From positions 768,001 to 832,000 of the forward strand of contig CAWFKH010000003.1 of NCBI GenBank assembly GCA_963816355.1: a stretch of DNA of 64,000 nucleotides. The letters run 5' to 3'. Below the pieces are notes generated by a model, which was not told the DNA's origin, made no database searches, and was given only the letters and a program-made list of their open reading frames with translations. Made by a program: the position numbers and the translations under genes. Shown one piece after another: positions 10,387 to 19,777 of the stretch; the stretch's first letter is position 1, and each line of letters begins with the position of its first letter. This stretch comes from an uncultured Gemmatimonadales bacterium. GTDB lineage: Bacteria > Gemmatimonadota > Gemmatimonadetes > Longimicrobiales > RSA9.

Positions 10387-12821
10387 TGCGCGCTTCGCTC
10401 GTCCCCCTGCTCGCGCTCGCGCTCGCGGCGCCGGCGTCCGCGCAGGACCGCGTCCGCGTCTCGGCGCAGCTCTCCGACGCGCAGATCCGCACGGGCGAGA
10501 CGACGCAGCTCGAGGTGTCGATCCTGTCGGGCGGCGCGGACATCGATCGCTGGAGTGTGCCGCCGCTGCCCACCGGGCTGTCGGTCGTCGGCTCGAGCGA
10601 CCAGACCCAGATCGAGTTCAGCGTTCCCGGCGGCCGCTCCGTCACCCTCACGCGCAGCTACATCCTCGCCCCCACGCGTCCGGGCGTGTACCGCATTCCG
10701 CCGATCTCCGTCCAGGTCGGCGGCCGTGAATACCGCACCGCCTCGCTCACCCTGTCGGTCGTCGGCGCGCCGGCGTCGGACGACGCGGGCGCCGGCGGAA
10801 ACGCGGACGTGACCTTCCACGCCCGCATGGAGCCGGACACCGTCTACGTGGGGGAGCAGGCGACGCTGCGCGCCGAGGCGAGCTTCGCCGGCGACCTGCG
10901 CATGCGCATGAGCTGGGCGCCGGAGTACGTGCCGCCGAACCCGTCCGGCTTCTGGATCCAGGACCTGGGAGGGGGCACGTCGGTCAGCACACGGGTGCGG
11001 GGGCGGCGCGTCACGTCCGAGGTCCACCGCTACGCGCGTGCCTACTTCCCGCTCTCGCCGGGGCGCTACCTGCTGCCGCCCGCGCAGCTCTCCTACGACC
11101 TGCGCTCCGGTCTCTTCGGCCAGAGCGTGCCCCGGCAGATCGACTCCGACTCGATCCCCCTCGTCGTGCTGCCGCTGCCCGACGCCGGCCGTCCTCGCTC
11201 GTTCACCGGCGCTGTCGGCGACTACGCCCTCGACGCCAGCCTCGAGCCGGATTCCGTCCCCGCCGGTGAGAGCGCCGTGCTGCGCGTCCACGTGACGGGG
11301 AAGGGCAACATCCGTGCGCTCCCGCCCCCGCGCCTGAGCGGCGTCGACGGCGTCCAGTTCTATCCGCCCTCGGAGGAAGCGCGCGTCGACGACTCGGGGG
11401 GCGTCGTAGCTGGAACGAAGACGTTCAAGTGGATGGTCGTGCCGGAGAAGCCGGGCGCCATCGAGCTGGGCAGCGTCCTCTACGGTTACTTCGATCCGGA
11501 CGCCCGGCGTTATCGCGTGCTGCGCTCGGCTCCCCTCGTGCTGCGTTCCACGCGAGGAGCCGCGACGGCCGTCGCTGCGACGGACGCGGACGCGGCCCTC
11601 GCCCCGCTCCACGATGCCCCGCAGCCCGATCCTCCGCTCGCATGGACGCTCGCCCCCTGGTTCGCCGCCCTGCAGCTCCTTCCGCTGCTCGCCGGCCTCG
11701 GGCTCCTCGTCCGCACGCGCCGCCGGCGAAGGGAGCGGCGGGCGCCGTCGCGCCGCGCGTTGCGACGTCGCCTCGACGCGACGCTCGCCGCGCTCGAGTC
11801 CCGGGCCGCCAGCGACGATCCAGCCTTCCTCGCCGCGCTCGAGCGGGAGGTCCGGGGCTGGCTGGCGCGGCGCCTCGCCGATCCGGTTTTCCGTACGGCC
11901 GCCGCGGCGCCCCTCGAAGACGCGCTGCTGCGCGCGGGCATCGGCCCCGAAGTCGCTCGGCCGCTGCAGCGGCTCCTCCAGCGCATCGAACAGGCCCGCT
12001 TCGCGCCCGCTCCCGCTTCGGCCGAGGAGCGGCGGCGCCTCGTGGATGGGGCGCGTGAAGCGCTGCGCGCGCTCGACCGCGCTGCGCCCGGGTCGGCCGC
12101 GTCCCGCGCCGCGGCGGCCGGTGCCCTGGTCCTGCTGCTCCTCGCTCCGGCCGGTGGGCGGGCGCTCCAGGCGAGCGCTCCCGCCCTTCCCGATTTCGGC
12201 GGTGCCGTCGCCGCCTATCGCGCAGGTCGCTTCGAATCCGCGCGCGCCGACTTCGCGGCGTATCTGCGGGCGCACCCGGACGACGCGGAGGCGTGGTACG
12301 ACTACGGCTTGGCCGCGATGCGGACGGGGCGCCGCGGCGAAGCCGTGCGCGCGTGGCTCCGGTCGCTGCGGCTCGCGCCGCGCGATGCCGACGCGCGCGC
12401 GAACCTCGCGGCCGCGGACGTCGCGCCGGCGCTCGTGCGCCGCGTCGTTCCGGCGCTCCCGCTCAGCCGCCAGGAAGCGCTCCTCGTCGCGTCGCTGCTC
12501 TGGCTTCTGGGCGGCGGCCTCCTCGTGCTCCGTATCGCGCGACGGCGCGGCACGGCGGGCTGGGCGGTGCTCGTCACGGTGGGCCTCGCGCTCGTGGTGC
12601 TCGCCGCCGTCTTCCTCCCCGGCCGCCTCGCGCCGACCGCCGTCGTGCTGACGCCGCAGGCACCGCTGCGGCCGGACCCGGACTTCCACAGCGATCCGCT
12701 CGACCGGTTGAGAGACGGGACCGTGCTCGCCGTCGAGGACCGCCGGCGTGGCTGGATCCGCGTCCGCACCCCCGAGGGCCGTGAAGGCTGGGTCGAGGCC
12801 GCGCAGGCCGGCTCGCCCTAG
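10386..12821 (+). CDS. batD: BatD-BatE fusion (BatD Ig-like domains, TM, TPR, TMs, SH3b)
   Basis: Signal peptide, FTGAVGDY and GKGNI BatD motifs, then TPR (AWYDYGLA...DARANL) and C-terminal GWIRVRTPEGREGWV. Confidence 0.8.
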   Translation: MRASLVPLLALALAAPASAQDRVRVSAQLSDAQIRTGETTQLEVSILSGGADIDRWSVPPLPTGLSVVGSSDQTQIEFSVPGGRSVTLTRSYILAPTRPGVYRIPPISVQVGGREYRTASLTLSVVGAPASDDAGAGGNADVTFHARMEPDTVYVGEQATLRAEASFAGDLRMRMSWAPEYVPPNPSGFWIQDLGGGTSVSTRVRGRRVTSEVHRYARAYFPLSPGRYLLPPAQLSYDLRSGLFGQSVPRQIDSDSIPLVVLPLPDAGRPRSFTGAVGDYALDASLEPDSVPAGESAVLRVHVTGKGNIRALPPPRLSGVDGVQFYPPSEEARVDDSGGVVAGTKTFKWMVVPEKPGAIELGSVLYGYFDPDARRYRVLRSAPLVLRSTRGAATAVAATDADAALAPLHDAPQPDPPLAWTLAPWFAALQLLPLLAGLGLLVRTRRRRRERRAPSRRALRRRLDATLAALESRAASDDPAFLAALEREVRGWLARRLADPVFRTAAAAPLEDALLRAGIGPEVARPLQRLLQRIEQARFAPAPASAEERRRLVDGAREALRALDRAAPGSAASRAAAAGALVLLLLAPAGGRALQASAPALPDFGGAVAAYRAGRFESARADFAAYLRAHPDDAEAWYDYGLAAMRTGRRGEAVRAWLRSLRLAPRDADARANLAAADVAPALVRRVVPALPLSRQEALLVASLLWLLGGGLLVLRIARRRGTAGWAVLVTVGLALVVLAAVFLPGRLAPTAVVLTPQAPLRPDPDFHSDPLDRLRDGTVLAVEDRRRGWIRVRTPEGREGWVEAAQAGSP

Positions 12822-13009
12822 GCCCGGCCGCTTCAGCCGGTCCCTGCGTGGGCTTTTCCCCACGCCTCCGCAGGGAAATCCCCTCTGGTTTGGCCGCTAC
12901 GCCGGCCATTTCTTCGCTTCGGGGCCCATCCGAACGCGGCCCACGGGGGAGGGACGGCGCGCTGCGACCGGGTCCCCTGCGTGATGATCCCGGAACAGGA
13001 GACACCCAG

Positions 13010-13672
13010 ATGCGCATCGCAAAGATCTCCGCCGCGTTGCTGGCCTGCGGCTTCGCGCTCACCGCGCCGGCGGCCGCTCAAACCGCGTCGATCGGCGTCA
13101 AGGGCGGCGTGAGCATCTCCACGCTCGCGGGATCCGACATCGTAAACGCCGACTACCACACCGCCATCGCCGGCGGCGCCTTCGCGCACGTCGGTCTCGG
13201 ACGGTACCTGGGGCTGCAACCGGAGGTGCTGTACGTGCGCAAGGGCGCGCAGTCGACCCAGGGCAGCGCGACGGGGAAGCTCCTCGTCGACTACGTGGAG
13301 GTCCCGCTCCTCCTCACGTTCGACATCCCCGCCAGCGCCGACGGCGCCTTCACCCCCTACCTGATGGCCGGCCCGGCGATCGCGTTCCAGACGCGCTGCG
13401 AGATCTCGCTCGAGCAACAGGGCTCCACGACCAGCGCGTTCGCCTGCGACGACCCGTTCTTCGAGGGCGGCCTCGGCGTCAAGTCCGTCGACTACAGCCT
13501 CGCCTTCGGCGCCGGCGCCCGCATCCGGCTCGGCACCACGAGCAGCTTCGTGCTCGACGGCCGCTACGATCTCGGGCTCGGCACCATCGACGACACCTCC
13601 AATCCCGGCGACATTAAGAACCGGGCGTTCCTGATCCTCGCCGGCTTCGCCTTCCAGATCGGCGGCCGCTGA
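13010..13672 (+). CDS. outer-membrane beta-barrel protein (porin family), copy 1
   Basis: Signal peptide, [36 protein letters not shown], terminal strand [17 protein letters not shown]. Confidence 0.85.
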   Translation: MRIAKISAALLACGFALTAPAAAQTASIGVKGGVSISTLAGSDIVNADYHTAIAGGAFAHVGLGRYLGLQPEVLYVRKGAQSTQGSATGKLLVDYVEVPLLLTFDIPASADGAFTPYLMAGPAIAFQTRCEISLEQQGSTTSAFACDDPFFEGGLGVKSVDYSLAFGAGARIRLGTTSSFVLDGRYDLGLGTIDDTSNPGDIKNRAFLILAGFAFQIGGR

Positions 13673-13725
13673 TCGTCGGGCCGCGCACCGGAGACCTGCG
13701 GCGCGGGCGCGCCGACGCACCGCCG

Positions 13726-13794
13726 TCCGGCGCGCGGCGCCTCGCCCGATCCGGCGCGCGGTGCCTCCCCGATCCGGCGCGCGGCGCCTCGCCC
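13726..13794. repeat. three imperfect tandem copies of a 23-24 bp unit
   Basis: TCCGGCGCGCGG(C/T)GCCTC(G)CCCGA repeated three times between the two barrel genes. Confidence 0.8.
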
Positions 13795-13931
13795 TACACG
13801 CCTCACGCTCGCTCGCGACTCGGCTCGTTGCTCGACCCGCTTGCCCCCTGATATCATGGTCCGGACCGCGCCCCATGTATCCTCAGGGATATCCCTCTGG
13901 TTCGACCGCTCCGCCGGCAGGAGACGCCCAC

Positions 13932-14582
13932 ATGCGCTTCGCCAGGATCTCCGCCGCGCTGCTGACCTGCGGCTTCACGCTCGCCGCCCCGGCGGCCGCT
14001 CAAAGCGCGTCGATCGGCGTCAAGGGCGGCGTGAGCATCTCCACGCTCGCGGGCCCGGACCTCATCAGCACCGATTACCACACCGGCGTCACCGGCGGCG
14101 CCTTCGCGCACGTCGGTCTCGGACGGTATCTGGGGCTGCAGCCGGAGGTGCTGTACGTGCGCAAGGGCGCGCAGGCGACGGTGGGCAGCGCGACGGCGAA
14201 GTCCCTCATCGACTACGTGGAGGTCCCGCTCCTCCTCACGTTCGACATCCCCGCCAGCGCCGACGGCGCCTTCACCCCCTACCTGATGGCCGGCCCGGCG
14301 ATCGCGCTCCGGACGCGCTGCGAGTTCTCGCTCGAGCAACAGGGCTCCACGACCAGCGCCTCCGGCTGCGACGAGGGCGGCGCCGGCGTCAAGTCGGTCG
14401 ACTACAGCCTCGCCTTCGGCGCCGGCGCCCGCATCCGGCTCGGCACCACCAGCAGCTTCGTGCTCGACGGCCGCTACGATCTCGGGCTCGGCACCATCGA
14501 CGACACCTCCAATCCCGGCGACATTAAGAACCGGGCGTTCCTGATCCTCGCCGGCTTCGCCTTCCAGATCGGCGGCCGCTGA
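13932..14582 (+). CDS. outer-membrane beta-barrel protein (porin family), copy 2, near-identical tandem paralog
   Basis: Same motifs as 13010..13672, with long stretches identical at DNA level. Confidence 0.85.
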   Translation: MRFARISAALLTCGFTLAAPAAAQSASIGVKGGVSISTLAGPDLISTDYHTGVTGGAFAHVGLGRYLGLQPEVLYVRKGAQATVGSATAKSLIDYVEVPLLLTFDIPASADGAFTPYLMAGPAIALRTRCEFSLEQQGSTTSASGCDEGGAGVKSVDYSLAFGAGARIRLGTTSSFVLDGRYDLGLGTIDDTSNPGDIKNRAFLILAGFAFQIGGR

Positions 14583-14629
14583 TCGCTCGCCGCTCGGCGG
14601 CCACTGACACGGAACCTGCGGAGGCGCTC

Positions 14630-15268
14630 GTGCCCGAACTCTCGAACCTCACCGTCATCGAGCACCCGCTCGTCCAGCACAAGCTCGGGCTGCTGCGCGA
14701 CGCGACGACCTCGAAGAAGGCGTTCCGGGAGCTGGTCGACGAGATCGCCATGCTGATGGCGTACGAGGTGACGAAGGACCTCCCCCTCGAGTGGGTCGAC
14801 ATCGAGACGCCGCTCGAGCGCGCGCGCGTCCCGCGCGTCAGGGGCAAGAAGCTCACCCTCGTGCCGATCCTGCGGGCGGGGCTCGGCATGGTCGAGGGCG
14901 TGCTTCGGCTCGTGCCCTCCGCGCGCGTCGGGCACATCGGACTCTATCGCGACCACGAGACCCTGCAGCCGATCGCGTACTACTTCAAGATCCCGCCCGA
15001 GCCGGAGTCCCGCCACTTCATCGTGCTGGATCCGATGCTCGCCACCGGTGGTTCGGCGGCGGCCGCGGTCTCGCGCCTGAAGGAAGGGGGCGTGGCGCAG
15101 ATCCGCTTCATGTGCCTGGTCGCTGCGCCCGAGGGCGTGGCACGCCTGCAGGAGGCGCATCCCGACGTCCCCATCTACGCCGCATCGCTCGACCGCCAGC
15201 TCGACGAGCACGGCTACATCCTGCCCGGCCTCGGCGACGCGGGCGACCGCCTCTTCGGCACGCGGTAG
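14630..15268 (+). CDS. upp: uracil phosphoribosyltransferase
   Basis: [44 protein letters not shown]. Confidence 0.97.
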   Translation: MPELSNLTVIEHPLVQHKLGLLRDATTSKKAFRELVDEIAMLMAYEVTKDLPLEWVDIETPLERARVPRVRGKKLTLVPILRAGLGMVEGVLRLVPSARVGHIGLYRDHETLQPIAYYFKIPPEPESRHFIVLDPMLATGGSAAAAVSRLKEGGVAQIRFMCLVAAPEGVARLQEAHPDVPIYAASLDRQLDEHGYILPGLGDAGDRLFGTR

Positions 15269-15376
15269 CGCGTCGCGGAGGAGCCGCGCGCCGTTTCTCG
15301 CGCGCGTAGGCCGCCGTTGTCGCCGTCGGCGGCGGTGCTTACGTTCCACCCGCGGCCGCCGATCGAGCGTGACCGC

Positions 15377-15450
15377 GGGCCCGTAGCTCAGTCGGTCAGA
15401 GCGAGCGACTCATAATCGCGAGGTCCTGGGTTCGAGTCCCAGCGGGCCCA
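15377..15450 (+). tRNA. tRNA with CAT anticodon, Ile2 type (lysidine-modified); CCA not encoded
   Basis: Cloverleaf GGGCCCG..AGCTCAG..GCGA CTCATAA TCGC..GGTTCGAGTCC..CGGGCCCA; anticodon arm resembles ileX-type tRNAs rather than Met/fMet. Confidence 0.85.
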
Positions 15451-15531
15451 CTCGAAGGGCGGGCCGCCGCCGCCCGGCGCTCCCGCCAAGACGATCGCAG
15501 CACGCCCTCCAGACGGAGTCGTCGCAGCGGA

Positions 15532-16110
15532 ATGAGCGATCTGCGCCGAGGCCGCCGCCTCGAGTACTTCACCATCGGCTGGAACGCGATCGAGGCCGTC
15601 GTCGCCATTGTCGCCGGGTCCCTCGCCGGCAGCACGGCGCTGCTCGGCTTCGGTGTCGATTCCGCCATCGAGAGCACGTCCGGCGGGGCGCTGCTGTGGC
15701 GGCTCCAGGAGGGCGACGACCACGAACGCCGCGAGGCCGCCGCGCTGCGCCTCGTGGGCGGCTCGTTCCTGCTCCTCGCAGCGTGGATCGCCTACGAGGC
15801 CGTGCGCGCGCTCGTGGTTCACGAGGCGCCGCGACCCAGCCTGCCGGGCATCGCGATCGCCGCCGCTTCGGTCGTCGCGATGCCGCTCCTCGCCCGCGCG
15901 AAACGGCGCCTCGCGGCGTCGCTCGGAAGCGCATCGCTGCGCGCCGACGCCCGGCAATCCTCGCTGTGCGGCTACCTCTCGGCGATCCTCCTCGGCGGGC
16001 TCGCGCTGAACGCGCTCTTCGGCTGGTGGTGGGCCGATCCCGCCGCCGCGCTGGTGATGGTGCCGATCATCGCGCACGAGGGGGTGGAAGCGCTGCGCGG
16101 AGAGGATTGA
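15532..16110 (+). CDS. cation efflux (CDF-related) membrane protein
   Basis: LEYFTIGWNAIEA, GFGVDSAIE, LRADARQS, WWWADPAAAL; multiple TM helices. Confidence 0.8.
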   Translation: MSDLRRGRRLEYFTIGWNAIEAVVAIVAGSLAGSTALLGFGVDSAIESTSGGALLWRLQEGDDHERREAAALRLVGGSFLLLAAWIAYEAVRALVVHEAPRPSLPGIAIAAASVVAMPLLARAKRRLAASLGSASLRADARQSSLCGYLSAILLGGLALNALFGWWWADPAAALVMVPIIAHEGVEALRGED

Positions 16111-16149
16111 AGCGCGAGCGCGACGGAGCGCGACAGCCTCGCCACGCCC

Positions 16150-16518
16150 CTACGCGGGACCTTTCGGCGGCGCCTCCTCGTTCCTGCGCGTCAGGCGATC
16201 CTCCAGCTCGATCTGGTAGCGCAGCGAAGCGACGCCCTCGCGGAGGATGCGCGTCTTCGTCGTGATGGACCCGCCCCGCCCGGAGGCGATCTCCATGCCG
16301 GCGGCGAGCTGCGCCATCGAGTCGAAGCCGTCGGCGCTCAGCTGCAGCTTGAGCCGGCCGTAAGTGCGCTTCAGCGCCTGCGCGAGCTGGGTCTGCCCCG
16401 TGTGCGCGGTGGCCAGCCGCTCCGTCATCGCGTGGATCGTCTGCACCCGCTTCTGCAGGTCCGCCAGCTTCGTCACCTTCGCCTGACCCCGCGGCGTCAG
16501 TCGACCCGTCACGTCCAC
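16150..16518 (-). CDS. hypothetical helical protein, HPt-like spacing but no phospho-His
   Basis: GGAGG RBS and GTG start, coding-type codon use; GRLKLQLSADGFDSMAQLAAGME. Confidence 0.7.
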   Translation of the reverse strand: MDVTGRLTPRGQAKVTKLADLQKRVQTIHAMTERLATAHTGQTQLAQALKRTYGRLKLQLSADGFDSMAQLAAGMEIASGRGGSITTKTRILREGVASLRYQIELEDRLTRRNEEAPPKGPA

Positions 16519-16686
16519 CCTCCGAACATGCTCGCTCCTCCGTTTGCGGCCCGTGCTCCAGCGCCGATTCTCCGCGCCCGCCGGCGCGTTTCCACGCGGC
16601 TCGCACCCGTTTGACGGCGACGCCGGCCGCCGTCAGATTGGCAGCCGAGATCCCGGTCGACAACCGCCGCCCTTCGAGGAGGACCC

Positions 16687-17991
16687 GTGCGACGCCACTC
16701 CGCCGCGGCTACGCTTCTCGCTGCCGCCGTCTCCACTCTCGCCCTCGCCTGCTCCGGCCCGGACGCGGCCGTCGACGCCACCACCGTTGCCGCGGCCCCC
16801 GCGGCCTGCGATCCGGACAACGGCGGCATCACGCTGCCCGCCGGCTTCTGCGCGACGGTCTTCGCGGACGACGTCGGCGCCGCCCGCCACCTCGCGGTCG
16901 CGCCGAACGGCGACGTCTTCGTCGCCATCGGCGGCGGCGACGAAGCGGGCGTGCTGGCGCTGCGCGACACGACCGGCGACGGCCACGCCGACGTCCGCGT
17001 GCGCTGGCCGCAGAGCGGCGGCACCGGGATCGCGCTGCGGGACGGCTACCTGTACTTCGCGGCGAACGACGCGGTCCTGCGCTACCCGCGCGCGAGCGGC
17101 TCGCTCCAGCCGTCCGGTCCGCCCGACACGATCGTCGGCGGCCTGCCCGCCCGCCCGGGCCATTCGGCGAAGTCGATCGCCCTCCTCGGCGACACCCTCT
17201 TCGTCAACATCGGCTCGCCCAGCAACTCCTGCCAGCGTGAGGACCGCTCGAACGGCTCGCCGGGGCTCGACCCGTGCCCGCAGCTCGACACGCGCGCCGG
17301 CATCTGGCGCTTCGCCCTCGACCGCACCGGCCAGACGCAGGCCGACGGCACGCGCTTCGCCACCGGGATCCGCAACGCCGTCGGGCTGGCCGTCGATCCG
17401 CGCAGCGGCACCCTCTACGCCACTCAGCACGGCCGCGACCAGCTCTTCCAGAACTGGGGCGACCGCTACACCGCGGAGCAGGGCGCCGAGCTGCCCGCCG
17501 AGGAACTGCTCCGCGTGCACGCCGGTGACGACTTCGGCTGGCCGTACTGCTACTACGACCAGAACCAGAGCAAGCTCGTCCTGGCACCGGAGTACGGCGG
17601 CGACGGCCAGGAGGTGGGCCGCTGCGCGACCAGGAAGGCGCCGATCGCCGCGTTTCCCGGGCACTGGGCTCCCGACGGCCTCCTCGTCTACACCGGCCGC
17701 CTCTTCCCCGAGCGATTTCGCGGCGGCGCCTTCATCGCCTTCCACGGCTCGTGGAACCGCGCGCCGCTCGCGCAGGCCGGCTACAAGGTCGTCTTCGTGC
17801 CGATGAGCGACGGCGCCGCTTCCGGCGACTTCACCGTCTTCGCGGACGGCTTCGCCGGTGGCCGCCTCTCGCCCCGCGACGCCGCGCACCGCCCCACCGG
17901 CCTCGCCCAGGGCCCCGACGGCGCCCTCTACATCAGCGACGACCAGGGCGGCCGCATCTGGCGCGTCGTGCCGGCGCCCGCGTCGCGTTGA
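16687..17991 (+). CDS. glucose/sorbosone dehydrogenase family beta-propeller lipoprotein
   Basis: Lipobox LALAC, FATGIRNAVGL, DFGWPYCY, AFHGSWNR, RPTGLAQGPDGALYISDD. Confidence 0.88.
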   Translation: MRRHSAAATLLAAAVSTLALACSGPDAAVDATTVAAAPAACDPDNGGITLPAGFCATVFADDVGAARHLAVAPNGDVFVAIGGGDEAGVLALRDTTGDGHADVRVRWPQSGGTGIALRDGYLYFAANDAVLRYPRASGSLQPSGPPDTIVGGLPARPGHSAKSIALLGDTLFVNIGSPSNSCQREDRSNGSPGLDPCPQLDTRAGIWRFALDRTGQTQADGTRFATGIRNAVGLAVDPRSGTLYATQHGRDQLFQNWGDRYTAEQGAELPAEELLRVHAGDDFGWPYCYYDQNQSKLVLAPEYGGDGQEVGRCATRKAPIAAFPGHWAPDGLLVYTGRLFPERFRGGAFIAFHGSWNRAPLAQAGYKVVFVPMSDGAASGDFTVFADGFAGGRLSPRDAAHRPTGLAQGPDGALYISDDQGGRIWRVVPAPASR

Positions 17992-18080
17992 CAACGACTT
18001 CCAGCGTGGCGACCTTACTGCGCTATGGCCGGCTCGCCGCCGGCCGTCTCATTCGCACAGGACGCACGGAGTAGCGCTCG

Positions 18081-19763
18081 ATGCTCGGCACGCTCAAGGG
18101 CCGACTGCTCATCATCGTCGTGGTGCTCGCCGCCGCCGGCGCCTACCTCTGGATCCACGGGATCAAGCTCGGTCTCGACCTCCAGGGAGGCATGCACCTC
18201 GTCCTCGAAGTCTCCGATCCGAACGGCACGATGACGCTCGCCGCCCGGGCGGACGCGACGGACCGTGCCCTCAAGATCATCCGCACGCGCATCGACGAAT
18301 TCGGGGTCGAAGAGCCGATCATCCAGAAAGTCGGCGACTCCCGCATCATCGTCGAGCTCGCCGGGATCCGCGACGAGGGCCGCGCGAAGTCCGTGATCGA
18401 GCGCGCGGCGTTCCTCCAGTTCCAGATCGTCGGATCGAGTCAGAAGCTGCTCGACCTGCTGCCGCGCATGGACCGCGCGATCGTCGACACGCTCGGCGCC
18501 GCGGCCCTGCCGGCCGACACCGGCGCCGGGGCGCGTCCGAGCGAGCAGGTGAGGCAGCTCCTCTTCGGCACGAGTGACACGGCCGCCGCCAGGGACAGCA
18601 TGGGCGGCGCCGCGAGGGACACCACGGGCGGCGCCGCGAACGATACGACCGCCGCGGGCGCCGCCGACACGCTCGCGGCGCAGGCGCGCGCGGCTGAGGC
18701 GGCGCAGGCCGCATCGCGGCCGCTCAGCGCGGCGCTGTTGCAGTCCGGCCAGGACGGTGAGCTCGTTGTCGCGAAGGAAGATGTCGACCGGGTGAAGGGA
18801 TACCTGGCGCTGCCGCAGGTGCAGGCGCTGCTGCCGCGCGGCGTCGACCTGCGCTGGGCGGCGGAAGAGGAGGGGCGCGGCGCCCAGCTCTATCGCACGC
18901 TCTACATCCTCCAGACACCGCCCGTGATGACCGGCGAGTACCTGGAGGACGCCACGGCAGGGCGCGAGACCCAGTTCAACCAGACGATCGTCTCCTTCAC
19001 TCTCTCCCGCGCCGGCGGCCGCATCTTCGACCGGGTCACGAGCGAGCACGTCAACGACCGCCTCGCGATCCTCCTCGACAACGAGGTGGTGAGCGCCCCG
19101 GTGATCGAGTCGCGCATCGGTGCACAGGGCGAGATCCGGCTCGGCCAGGCGCCGATCGAGGAGGCGCGCGACCTCGCTCTCGTCCTCCGCGCGGGCGCGC
19201 TGCCCGCTCCGCTGCACGTGATCGAGGAGCGCACCGTCGGCCCGTCCCTCGGCGCCGACTCGATCTCGCAGGGCAAGATGGCGGGGATCGTCGGCATCCT
19301 GCTCGTCGTCGTCATCATGATCGCCTACTACCGCTTCGCCGGCTTCCTCTCGGTGATCGCGCTCAGCGCCTACGTGCTCCTCGTGCTCGGCGGGCTCGCC
19401 GGCTTCGACGCGACCCTCACCGCGCCCGGCATCGCCGGCATGATCCTCTCCATCGGCATGGCCGTGGACGCGAACGTCCTGATCTTCGAGCGAATACGGG
19501 AGGAGCTGGCGCTCGGGCGCACGATCCGCGGCGCCGTCGACTCCGGCTTCGAGCACGCGATGTCGGCGATCATCGACTCGAATCTGACCACGCTGATCAC
19601 GGCGCTCATCCTCTACCAGTTCGGGACGGGCGCGGTGCGCGGCTTCGCCGTCACGCTCTCCATCGGGATCCTGGCCTCCTTCTTCAGCGCCGTCTTCATC
19701 ACCCGCACGCTGTTCCTGCTGTATCTGGGGCGGAAGAGCGCGACCGACACCCTTAGCATCTGA
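18081..19763 (+). CDS. secD: protein translocase subunit SecD
   Basis: KLGLDLQGG, RIDEFGVEEP, LRAGALPAP, TVGPSLG, GMAVDANVLIFERIREE. Confidence 0.97.
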   Translation: MLGTLKGRLLIIVVVLAAAGAYLWIHGIKLGLDLQGGMHLVLEVSDPNGTMTLAARADATDRALKIIRTRIDEFGVEEPIIQKVGDSRIIVELAGIRDEGRAKSVIERAAFLQFQIVGSSQKLLDLLPRMDRAIVDTLGAAALPADTGAGARPSEQVRQLLFGTSDTAAARDSMGGAARDTTGGAANDTTAAGAADTLAAQARAAEAAQAASRPLSAALLQSGQDGELVVAKEDVDRVKGYLALPQVQALLPRGVDLRWAAEEEGRGAQLYRTLYILQTPPVMTGEYLEDATAGRETQFNQTIVSFTLSRAGGRIFDRVTSEHVNDRLAILLDNEVVSAPVIESRIGAQGEIRLGQAPIEEARDLALVLRAGALPAPLHVIEERTVGPSLGADSISQGKMAGIVGILLVVVIMIAYYRFAGFLSVIALSAYVLLVLGGLAGFDATLTAPGIAGMILSIGMAVDANVLIFERIREELALGRTIRGAVDSGFEHAMSAIIDSNLTTLITALILYQFGTGAVRGFAVTLSIGILASFFSAVFITRTLFLLYLGRKSATDTLSI

Positions 19764-19777
19764 CGAGGGCGACGCCC

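Noticed and set aside
13726..13794. Short repeats as a possible CRISPR array (also 26338-26418)
   Set aside because: The units are directly adjacent with no unique spacers, and there are no cas genes in the window.
15377..15450. tRNA-Met or fMet call for the CAT tRNA
   Set aside because: It has a paired G1-C72, lacks the three consecutive G-C anticodon-stem pairs of initiators, and resembles Ile2 tRNAs.
15451..18000. Integrated element at tRNA-Ile2
   Set aside because: No integrase, no duplicated tRNA 3' end and no compositional shift was seen.
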